Assembly: GCA_964630525.1 (NCBI GenBank)
Contig: CAZVUY010000002.1
Span: 33,760 to 97,759, forward strand
Source of the DNA: an uncultured Candidatus Saccharibacteria bacterium
GTDB lineage: Bacteria > Patescibacteriota > Minisyncoccia > Phycocordibacterales > WO2-35-19
Reading direction: 5' to 3'
DNA: 64,000 nt
The notes beneath the pieces are model-generated. The model ran no database searches. It was not told where the DNA came from and was given only the letters and a program-made list of their open reading frames with translations. The position numbers and the translations under genes are program-made. Shown piece by piece: positions 36,887 through 45,223 of this stretch. The number at the start of each line of letters is the position of its first letter. Position 1 is the first letter of the stretch.

Positions 36887-38273
36887 AATTTTTGATATGT
36901 TTTTTGGCAAAAGTGGTTTTGGTTGCCTCGAGCCACTTTCTGTTTGGTTTGGCGTTTTTGCTTGTTATTATCTCAACAATCTCACCTCCTTTTAAAATAC
37001 TATCGATCGCTGAAAGTTTGCCGTTTATCTTTACGCCGGACATTTTGTTGCCTATATCCGAGTGGATTAGGTAGGCGAAGTCGATAGCGGAGGCGCCGAC
37101 CGGTAGGTCGATGACGTCACCTTTGGGAGTGAATACGAATATTCGTTCACTCAAGAAATCGGTTTTGATTTCGTCTGGATTTTTGCCGCTGATATTTTTG
37201 ATCCAGTTTTCTATTTCCTTTTTGTTGGTATTTTTATCACCCTCTGTTTTGTAGCTAGCATGAGAGGCGACACCATACTCCGCTTCTCGGTGCATTTCTT
37301 CAGTTCGGATTTGGATTTCGACTAAGTCTCCATCGCCGGTGAAAACGGTGGTGTGCAGACTCTGATAGCCATTTTGTTTTGGAAAAGCGATATAGTCTTT
37401 GATCTTGCCGGGTACTGGTCGCCAAGTCGAATGGATGATCCCTAATATTTTGTAACAATCTTCAGTTTTGCTTACCAAAATCCTCATTGCCAAAAAATCG
37501 TAGATCTTGTCGATATCCTTTTTGTATTTCAAATATTTTTTGTAAGCACTGTAGAGTCCCTTGACTCGATAATCAGAATGGAAGTCGGTAAAGCCAGATT
37601 TGACTATCTCTTTGGTGACTGATTTTCTAAACTTTTCCAATTTTTGCACTCGTTCCTCGTAATCTTTTTTTATGAGGTTAGAAATTTCAAGATACCCCAC
37701 TTTATTGGCGTAGGGAAAAGAAGAATCCTCCAAATCTCTCGAGAGTTTGCGGATACCCAAGCGGTAAGCGATCGGCGCATAAATCTCGATTGTTTCTTTG
37801 GCGATACGTTCTTGTTTCTCCTTGGCTACAAATTGAAGGGTTTTTACATTGTGCAGTCGGTCACAAAGTTTAACCAGGATCACCCTGATATCTTTTGAGG
37901 TGGCGATCAGGAGTTTGCGCAAAGATTCGTTGTGGCGGTCGGTGCCGTGATATCTTAAGTTGCCAAGCTTAGTCACTCCTTCGACGATAAAACGTACTTC
38001 TTTGCCAAAATTTTTTTCTAAAGTTTCGGCATTTACCTCGGTATCTTCTAAGACGTCATGCAGCAATCCAGCGACGACCGTGGTTGCGTCGGCTCCAATC
38101 GAAGCAATATTTTTAGCCGTTTCCACCACGTGATAAAAATAAGGTTCGCCGCTGTTTCTCTTTTGCCCCGCATGAGCTCTTTCGGCAAATTCGTAAGCTT
38201 TTTTTATTAGATCAATTTCAGTTTCAGTGTGTCGCTGAAGCAAAGAGAGGAGGTTGTTTATATCTGTCCCCAT
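36876..38273 (-). CDS. short RelA/SpoT-homologue (HD hydrolase + (p)ppGpp synthetase + TGS; no ACT domain)
   Basis: 465 aa; HD motif HAGQKRNSGEPYFYHVVETA...LLHDVLEDT, synthetase core (DYIAFPKQNGYQSLHTTV), C-terminal TGS-like beta-grasp. Confidence 0.85.
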   Translation of the reverse strand: MGTDINNLLSLLQRHTETEIDLIKKAYEFAERAHAGQKRNSGEPYFYHVVETAKNIASIGADATTVVAGLLHDVLEDTEVNAETLEKNFGKEVRFIVEGVTKLGNLRYHGTDRHNESLRKLLIATSKDIRVILVKLCDRLHNVKTLQFVAKEKQERIAKETIEIYAPIAYRLGIRKLSRDLEDSSFPYANKVGYLEISNLIKKDYEERVQKLEKFRKSVTKEIVKSGFTDFHSDYRVKGLYSAYKKYLKYKKDIDKIYDFLAMRILVSKTEDCYKILGIIHSTWRPVPGKIKDYIAFPKQNGYQSLHTTVFTGDGDLVEIQIRTEEMHREAEYGVASHASYKTEGDKNTNKKEIENWIKNISGKNPDEIKTDFLSERIFVFTPKGDVIDLPVGASAIDFAYLIHSDIGNKMSGVKINGKLSAIDSILKGGEIVEIITSKNAKPNRKWLEATKTTFAKKHIKNFKY

Positions 38274-38305
38274 GCTTCATTATACGCATTTTTATAAATA
38301 TTTTG

Positions 38306-40549
38306 TCAAGCTTTTTTGGTTTTGCGCCGACCAAATTTTTTAGGTTCCTTCAGTATTTCTAGGGCGCGAGGAAGGTCGATGCTGTAGACGTTATCTGTTT
38401 TCAGTGAGCGAAAATCTTTTTGGTGGACAATGTAAGGTCCAAATCTGCCAATGTTTGCGCTAATCATCTCGCCAGTTTCCGGGTGTACTCCAAGTTCTCT
38501 CGGTAAACTTAGATAGTGCAAGGCGTCTTCCAGTGTCACCATCTTTGGGTCTTTGTCTTTTGGTATACTAGCTCTTCTTGGCTTCTCTCTCTTTACCTTT
38601 TTGGGCTTTTTTTCTTTTTTATCCGCACTATCAGCTTTTAGCTCTAAGCTCTCAGCTTCTTTGCCACCCAATTGTACATACGGTCCAAACCTGCCATCCA
38701 TCACAAAAACTGGCAAACCACTTTTTGGGTCGATGCCCAAACTTTCGGCCTCTTTAATTTCACTGCCGTCAATATTGCGCATACCCTTACAATCAGGAAA
38801 TCTTTCGCAGCTTAGGAATTTGCCGCTTTTGCCAAGCTTGACTACCATTCTAGAGTCGCAAATTGGACACTTTAGTTTTGGATCAGCTTCACCTAGAGTT
38901 GTGAGCTTGGCGGTTTTTTCTTTCTCTTTTACTTCTTTAATAAATGGTTTGTAAAAATCTCTCAAGGTTGGCTCGTATTCTCGCTTGCCTTCTGCGATCT
39001 CGTCGAGCTCGTCTTCCATCTCAGCGGTGAAGGTGTCGCTGATATATTTTTCAAAATTATCTTCTAGGAAGGTAGAGACCACGTCGCCAGTATCAGTCGG
39101 CTTCAAAGTGCGCCCATCTTTCTCCACATAACCTCTCTCCACAATGGTATTGATGATTGAAGCATAAGTGGATGGTCGGCCGATACCCCTCTTTTCCAGT
39201 TCTTTGATCAAACCAGCCTCGCTGTATCTGTTTGGTGGCTCGGTTTGTTTTTGGGTGCTCTCGATGTTTAGAAGAGAGAGATTGTCCGCCACTTTGACTT
39301 GAGGCAATATGGTGTCTTCACCTTTGGCTTGCGGATCGGCGAGCAGCCAACCTTCTCTTATGACTCTTGAACCGGTAGCAGCAAAGTCAGGTGTCGGCCC
39401 ATTTGTACTTGTTACTTTGGCAGTGATCTTGGTCCGCATCGTGAGAGCATCCTGCATTTGACTGCTCACCGTCCTCTGCCAAATGAGGCGGTAAAGTTTT
39501 TTCTGATCGTCGGTGGTACCGGCTACTTCTTTTTCAAAGTGAGTTGGTCGGATTGCCTCATGAGCTTCTTGAGCGTTTTTGGATTTGTTTTTATAAACTC
39601 TGGTCTGATGTAAATCGGTGGAGAATTTTTTGGTCACTACATTTTTTATTTGAGCGAGAGCGACCTTAGCTAGGCTCAAGCTGTCGGTACGCATGTAGGT
39701 GATATGGCCAGCTTCATAAAGTTTCTGAGCAGCCATCATAGTCCTTTTTGGAGAAAAGCCGAGGCGAGTTGAAGCCGCTTGTTGCAAAGTGGAAGTGGTG
39801 AAGGGTGGTCGAGGTTGGCGTTTGACTTCCGATTCGACCACCTCTTTAACTGACCAACTACCATTTTTAGCAGACTCATAAATCCGATCCGCTTCTTCTT
39901 TGGTTTTTGGCTGTAATTCGCATTCTGTTTCAAAATCCTCTCCTTTGTTGGTGCGAAGTTTGGCACCGATTACAAAAAAAGTTTCCGGCTTGAAAGCTCG
40001 GATTTCTCTTTCTCGTTCCATAAGTATTCGCAAAGCAGGGGATTGGACTCGACCTGCCGAAAGGCCGTAACGCACTTTTTTCCAGATCAGACCAGAGAGG
40101 TCGTAGCCGACTAGTCGGTCAAGGACTCGGCGCGCTTCTTGGGCTTTGCGCAAATTTTGATCAATCGACCGCGGATGTTTGAGAGCCTCCTCGATCGCCT
40201 CTTTGGTGATCTCATGATAAGTCACCCTTTTAATCTTGGAGCCGTTCAAATCACCTTTGATGATTTGGGCAAGATGCCAAGCGATCGCCTCTCCTTCACG
40301 GTCGGGGTCGGTGGCGAGCAGAATCTCATTTGATTTTTGGGCCAACTTCTTTATCTCTTCCACTACTCGTTCTTTGCCTTTGGAAATCTCGTAGTGGGGA
40401 ATGAAGCCGCCTTCGATATCGATCGCCTTTTTGTTGGATTTTGGCAAGTCGCGCACATGACCAACACTTGCGACCACGTTGAAATCAGGACCGACATATT
40501 TGCCGATTGTTTTGGCTTTGGCGGGCGATTCGACGATTAAAAGTTTCAT
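38306..40549 (-). CDS. topA: DNA topoisomerase I
   Basis: 747 aa; TOPRIM MKLLIVESPAKAKTI, active-site Tyr region, C-terminal zinc ribbons (CPICDS...C). Confidence 0.95.
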   Translation of the reverse strand: MKLLIVESPAKAKTIGKYVGPDFNVVASVGHVRDLPKSNKKAIDIEGGFIPHYEISKGKERVVEEIKKLAQKSNEILLATDPDREGEAIAWHLAQIIKGDLNGSKIKRVTYHEITKEAIEEALKHPRSIDQNLRKAQEARRVLDRLVGYDLSGLIWKKVRYGLSAGRVQSPALRILMEREREIRAFKPETFFVIGAKLRTNKGEDFETECELQPKTKEEADRIYESAKNGSWSVKEVVESEVKRQPRPPFTTSTLQQAASTRLGFSPKRTMMAAQKLYEAGHITYMRTDSLSLAKVALAQIKNVVTKKFSTDLHQTRVYKNKSKNAQEAHEAIRPTHFEKEVAGTTDDQKKLYRLIWQRTVSSQMQDALTMRTKITAKVTSTNGPTPDFAATGSRVIREGWLLADPQAKGEDTILPQVKVADNLSLLNIESTQKQTEPPNRYSEAGLIKELEKRGIGRPSTYASIINTIVERGYVEKDGRTLKPTDTGDVVSTFLEDNFEKYISDTFTAEMEDELDEIAEGKREYEPTLRDFYKPFIKEVKEKEKTAKLTTLGEADPKLKCPICDSRMVVKLGKSGKFLSCERFPDCKGMRNIDGSEIKEAESLGIDPKSGLPVFVMDGRFGPYVQLGGKEAESLELKADSADKKEKKPKKVKREKPRRASIPKDKDPKMVTLEDALHYLSLPRELGVHPETGEMISANIGRFGPYIVHQKDFRSLKTDNVYSIDLPRALEILKEPKKFGRRKTKKA

Positions 40550-40799
40550 CCTGTTAGTGAAAAAATGGCATTGCTTTTTGAAAAGCCACCATCTTGTTTT
40601 TTTAACTTGTAATAAACGATATAATCAACATTTTAATTTAACCCTAATGAAAAAGCTTTTCCATGCCATTTTCTACTACAGGATTCATGTTTAGTTAAGA
40701 ATAAAGAAAAATAAAATAAAAAGCAAAAAATGCAAAAGAAAAAGCGTCCAACTCCTCTCGCTTGCGCGTAGAGTCGTTGGACGCTCGGCCGTATTGTTG

Positions 40800-41333
40800 T
40801 TAGTAATACGGCCGTCCATTTGTGCCGATGATGTCACGGTTCTGGAACACGAAGTCCCGAGAGCCGTAGCGACTTCGGAAGTTTGAGGACACTGATACCG
40901 TCCGGGGACGGCTGATCCCCATATACTGCCCCGGCCTACAGGAGACATTCTCCTGGTTGCGAGTCCGAGAGGTCCGACCGCTCGTGATACTGCCGCTTGG
41001 CGGGCAGTACGCTTTTACTACTAGTGACACTGTCCGCCGATTGTGCCACTGGAAGTAACTTAGTGGCACCGAGTCTCCGGTCTGGAGTTGCAGGTGTGCA
41101 AATACAGGCCGGTTTTTCTCACCGGTTGCCAATTGAAGCTCAACTGGCAAGCCGTCCTCCTGGGGTACCAGTAGGAAATCGGAGTTGTTGTGTATTGATC
41201 GTGTTTCGGTCGATATGCTCACGCGTGTCCGTGAGTGGACCGGCGGGTAGGCAGCGATGCGCCGGGTGGCGCAGCCGCCCAAAAAAACAACGAAAATCAA
41301 GGCCAACAAAGTGGCCGCTGTATTCTTTTTCAT
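40800..41333 (-). CDS. hypothetical lipoprotein (GC-rich singleton)
   Basis: 177 aa; lipobox LGGC after signal peptide; GC well above genome background. Confidence 0.5.
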   Translation of the reverse strand: MKKNTAATLLALIFVVFLGGCATRRIAAYPPVHSRTRVSISTETRSIHNNSDFLLVPQEDGLPVELQLATGEKNRPVFAHLQLQTGDSVPLSYFQWHNRRTVSLVVKAYCPPSGSITSGRTSRTRNQENVSCRPGQYMGISRPRTVSVSSNFRSRYGSRDFVFQNRDIIGTNGRPYY

Positions 41334-41409
41334 GGTACTCTCCTCTACCTCTAATTATAGCATAGTATAAAATAAAAAGCAAGGGGGAGGGTTGGGAGGG
41401 GATTAGACA

Positions 41410-42309
41410 TTATGTAAGTCTAATTTCGCCTAGAGTTTCTTTGATAAGACCTTTGAGTTCTAGTAGTGAGAGGAGCATTTGGGTTTCGCTGGTCGGAGTC
41501 TGGTGCTCGTCTTTCATGGTGCGGAGTATTTGGTCTCTCGGTAGTGGCTCGCTCAAAATTTTGATAACTAGCATTTCTTTTTCGGAGCAGTCGAAATATT
41601 TGGTATCGTCCGCTGTGGTGTTGGTGGAAGCGGACTGATTTTCCAAATGTAGCGCTTCCAAAATATCGTCGCTCTGGCGGATCGGGGTGGCACCGAGGCG
41701 TATCAGAAGGTGCGGCCCTTCACCGGTTGTATTGAAAATACTGTGGGGGACAGTGAGCACGTCGCGGTTGTATTCGGTCGCCAGTCTGGCGGTGATCAGG
41801 GTGCCAGACTTTTTCTCTGCTTCGATCACCAAGGTGGCGTGGCTCATGCCAGCCATGATTCGGTTGCGCTGGGGGAAACTCCAATAAGTCGCTTTGAACT
41901 CCGGTTCGAATTCATTGAGCAGAGTGCCACCCTGCTCAACTATTTTTTGAGCCAGCAAGGCGTTGGATTGGGGATGCAATACTTCGAGTGCGAGGCCGGA
42001 GCCGGGTACGGCGATGGTTGGCAGGTTGTTCCTGAGGGCGGCTTCGTGAGCCAAAGCGTCGATACCAAGGGCAAGACCGGAGACGATGCTGACCGGGTAA
42101 TTCTTCAGGCCGTCGATCAAACTTGAGACCACCTCTTTGCCGTAACCAGTGTATTTTCGAGCGCCGACTACGCAGAGTAATTTGCGGCTCCAATCGGGCA
42201 ATTGCCCGGCATAAAAAAGTTTTTCCGGCAGCTGGTTGATCTCTTCAAGCAGTGGCGGCCAGTTTGAACGAGTGAGAGTTTTTATTTCGTATCGAGCAGT
42301 ATTTGCCAT
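41410..42309 (-). CDS. dprA: DNA-processing protein DprA (Smf)
   Basis: LLCVVGARKYTGYGKEVV...IVSGLALGIDALAHEAAL Rossmann-like DprA core, C-terminal winged helix. Confidence 0.85.
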   Translation of the reverse strand: MANTARYEIKTLTRSNWPPLLEEINQLPEKLFYAGQLPDWSRKLLCVVGARKYTGYGKEVVSSLIDGLKNYPVSIVSGLALGIDALAHEAALRNNLPTIAVPGSGLALEVLHPQSNALLAQKIVEQGGTLLNEFEPEFKATYWSFPQRNRIMAGMSHATLVIEAEKKSGTLITARLATEYNRDVLTVPHSIFNTTGEGPHLLIRLGATPIRQSDDILEALHLENQSASTNTTADDTKYFDCSEKEMLVIKILSEPLPRDQILRTMKDEHQTPTSETQMLLSLLELKGLIKETLGEIRLT

Positions 42310-42332
42310 TTCACATTTATCATAACATTTGA

Positions 42333-42402
42333 TAAGCTAAGAGCTAAGAGCTTTAAACTCAGAGTTTATACTCTAAGCTTTTAGCTTTAAACTCTAAGCT
42401 TC
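42333..42402. repeat. imperfect palindromic AGCTTAGAG / CTCTAAGCT repeats upstream of serS
   Basis: TAAGAGCTTTAAACTCAGAG...CTCTAAGCTTTTAGCTTTAAACTCTAAGCTT; a similar block lies at 33516-33575 upstream of tRNA-Trp. Confidence 0.5.
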
Positions 42403-43722
42403 ATGCTAGACATCAAATTTATTCGCGAAAATGCCGAGCTCGTCGAACAGGGTGCCAAGAAAAAGCACATCGATTTTGATGTTAAAAAATTGATCGAAGC
42501 CGACGATCGTCGCAAAATTCTCAGTCAACAAGTCGAAGAGAAGCGGGCTATCCAAAACAAAGTAAGCAACGAAGTCGCCAAAGCGATTCAGGCTCAAAAC
42601 TTTACCGAAAAGGAGAGATTGGTGAGAGAGATGCAGCCACTCAAGGAAGATTTGCAAAAACTTGAAGAAGAATTGAAGGTGGTGATGATAGAGTGGCAGA
42701 AGCTGATGGTCTCAGTACCCAATATTCCTGATATGTCAGTACCGGATGGTGATGATGATAGTCAAAATGTTGAAGTTAAGAGTTGGCCCGCCCGCCACGA
42801 TGGCGAATCGGGCGGGGGTGAAAGACCAAAATTTGATTTCGTACCCAAAGATCATATTGAGCTCATGGAAAAGTTGGATTTGGCTGATTTTGAAACAGGA
42901 GCTAGTGTCGCTGGGTTCAGGGGTTATTTCTTGAAAAATGAGGGAGCGGAACTGGCGTTTGCTCTTTGGCAGTTTGTTGCCGATCATTTCAGGAAAAATC
43001 ATCCCGAATATTCGGCTATGCTCGCGCCTTCTTTGGTGAGACGGGAGACACTGCTTGGCACCGGCTACTTGCCTCAGGGTGAAGATGATCTTTATAAAAC
43101 TCAGGACAATGACTACTTGGCTGGGACCGCTGAAGTGGCGACGATGAGCTACTTTGCTGATAAAGTGCTGGACAAAAAAGATTTGCCGATCAAGCAGCTC
43201 GCTTTCTCCCCGGCTTTCCGGCGAGAGGCGGGTAGTTATAACAAAGATGTGAAAGGTTTGTACCGAGTTCATGAATTTATGAAATTTGAACAGGTGATCC
43301 TCTGCGAAGCGTCGCATGAGGAGAGTGTCAAATATCACGAAGAACTTCTCAAAAATGCCGAAGAGCTCCTGCAAGCACTCGAACTCCCTTATCACGTGGT
43401 GGTCAACTGTGGTGGTGACTTGGGGTTGGGGCAGGTGAAAAAATACGACATTGAGACTTGGATTCCTTCGAAAAATAAATATGGTGAGACCCATTCCTGC
43501 TCTTATTTCCACGACTTTCAGACCAGGCGACTCAATATCAAATATCGCGATACTGACCAGAAACTCAAATTTGCTCATTCGCTCAACAATACTGCTCTGG
43601 CGACTCCGAGAGTCTTGATCCAAATCATCGAAAACAATCAACAGGCTGATGGCTCGATTTTGATCCCCAAAGTCCTGAGACCTTACTTGGGCGGCAAAGA
43701 GAAAATTTCTCCAAAACTTTAG
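42403..43722 (+). CDS. serS: seryl-tRNA synthetase
   Basis: 439 aa; N-terminal coiled-coil arm, class II motifs (FRRE, GLYRVHEF, cat. domain ending GSGLAxxRVLIAIIEN-like). Confidence 0.95.
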   Translation: MLDIKFIRENAELVEQGAKKKHIDFDVKKLIEADDRRKILSQQVEEKRAIQNKVSNEVAKAIQAQNFTEKERLVREMQPLKEDLQKLEEELKVVMIEWQKLMVSVPNIPDMSVPDGDDDSQNVEVKSWPARHDGESGGGERPKFDFVPKDHIELMEKLDLADFETGASVAGFRGYFLKNEGAELAFALWQFVADHFRKNHPEYSAMLAPSLVRRETLLGTGYLPQGEDDLYKTQDNDYLAGTAEVATMSYFADKVLDKKDLPIKQLAFSPAFRREAGSYNKDVKGLYRVHEFMKFEQVILCEASHEESVKYHEELLKNAEELLQALELPYHVVVNCGGDLGLGQVKKYDIETWIPSKNKYGETHSCSYFHDFQTRRLNIKYRDTDQKLKFAHSLNNTALATPRVLIQIIENNQQADGSILIPKVLRPYLGGKEKISPKL

Positions 43723-43735
43723 AAGTTTACGTTTT

Positions 43736-43889
43736 CCTAGCCCGCAAAATAGCTTCTCTTGCTCGATACGAAAATTTTCTGCTGAAAATTTTCTTGTCCT
43801 CAGCTTTAGAGCAGCTTCCCCGACCGAATCGCTTCGCGACTCGAAGCGGGCGGGCGGAATCTCGCTCGAGAACTATTTTGCGGGCTAGG
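43736..43889. repeat. palindromic repeat element S (154 bp) with perfect 17-bp terminal inverted repeat
   Basis: CCTAGCCCGCAAAATAG ... CTATTTTGCGGGCTAGG; interior GAAAATTTTCTGCTGAAAATTTTC core hairpin and CGCTTCGCGACTCGAAGCG hairpin; homologous to 49781-49897 (inverted) and 48960-49075. Confidence 0.75.
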
Positions 43890-43926
43890 CTACAAAATGA
43901 AAATTTTCTGAGGTATAATATTGACA

Positions 43927-44748
43927 ATGTACACCAAAAGTCGCCACAGAGGCGCTTCTGACCGGATCGCTCGCAGACGTCGGGCCAAACAAAGCGCCAC
44001 CCTTTTTTTTAAAAGCGCTGTTTTGTTATTTATTTTGGTTGGTGCTGGTTTTTTGTTGCGCGCCGATTTTCTCAAGGTGCGTGAGTTTAAAATCGAAGGC
44101 GCGCTCTCTACTCCTGTCACTGATCTCCAAAATATGGCGGCTGCATTGGCTTCCGGCACTCGCTTGGGTCTCTTGCCTAAGTCGAATATTTTGATTTTCG
44201 ATGGGGAAAATCTGACTCGTACTATATTGGAGAAATTTACTCGACTCGAAAAAGTAGAAGTAGACAAAAATATTTTTAGTCGCAAGGTGGCAGTGAAGGT
44301 GGTTGAGCGGGGAGCGGCATATCTATGGTGTTCTGAAAACGAAGAATGTTTTTTTATGAGCGGAGACGGCCTAATTTTTGAAAAAGTTTCTCCTGAGAAA
44401 TCTGCTGAAGCAGCGGGCAAAATAATTTTTAAGGGCAAGTTAGCTGGAGCACCCTTGCTCGAACATTTTGAAACTAGAGAGCGGATGAAAAATTATACCA
44501 ATCTTTTTGAAGTACTCTCGAAAAACCAGATCAATATCACCGCTGTCAATTTTGAATTGCCGGACAAAGCTGTCGCCGCTACTAACCTCGGGTCGATCAT
44601 TTTCAATCCGGAAGAGAAAGATCTCTCCGAAGTGGCTTTGAATATCGTCCTCCTGATCGAAGATTTGAAAGCCAAAAATCCTACTCCTCATTTCGAATAC
44701 ATCGACGCTCGCTTCGGCAACAAGATGTTTTATAAGGTCCAAATATAA
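43927..44748 (+). CDS. FtsQ/DivIB-like cell-division protein (TM + POTRA)
   Basis: N-terminal basic cytoplasmic tail, one TM, LKVREFKIEG POTRA-like start; -10 TATAAT at 43910-43915. Confidence 0.55.
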   Translation: MYTKSRHRGASDRIARRRRAKQSATLFFKSAVLLFILVGAGFLLRADFLKVREFKIEGALSTPVTDLQNMAAALASGTRLGLLPKSNILIFDGENLTRTILEKFTRLEKVEVDKNIFSRKVAVKVVERGAAYLWCSENEECFFMSGDGLIFEKVSPEKSAEAAGKIIFKGKLAGAPLLEHFETRERMKNYTNLFEVLSKNQINITAVNFELPDKAVAATNLGSIIFNPEEKDLSEVALNIVLLIEDLKAKNPTPHFEYIDARFGNKMFYKVQI

Positions 44749-44783
44749 AGCTCGCGGGAAAAAATTTTGCTATAATTTAAGGC

Positions 44784-45185
44784 ATGTCAGAAGCGTATGA
44801 GAGAGATTCTTTTTTGGTCGCTTATTTGAAGTGGCACTATGTGCGGGGTTTGGCTGAACTTTCGGCCGTCGCCGAAAATTTCCTTTGGTTTGTGAGCCAT
44901 TTCTTTTCTTTCAAACTACTCTCCAGAACTCTTTTCAAACCCTGGAAGCGTCTCGGCGAACATTATGGAGGAGGGTTTGATATCGAAGCTTTCGCTTCAG
45001 CGGTTTTGGTCAATTTTTTGATGCGAGTGGTCGGTCTGTTTACTAGATTGGTGGTCCTAGTGATCGGGAGCTGCTGCTACCTTGTGGTGCTACTCGCTTC
45101 TCTTTTGATGCTTGCAGTCTGGCTGTTGGCACCAGCTATTCTCTTGGGAGGAGCAGTGCTCTCAGCGACTTTTTTTGCAATTTAA
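44784..45185 (+). CDS. hypothetical polytopic membrane protein
   Basis: 133 aa, three hydrophobic helices. Confidence 0.45.
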   Translation: MSEAYERDSFLVAYLKWHYVRGLAELSAVAENFLWFVSHFFSFKLLSRTLFKPWKRLGEHYGGGFDIEAFASAVLVNFLMRVVGLFTRLVVLVIGSCCYLVVLLASLLMLAVWLLAPAILLGGAVLSATFFAI

Positions 45186-45223
45186 ATTATGTCTTATTTT
45201 CCTAAAATAGTTCTTGAGCGAGT

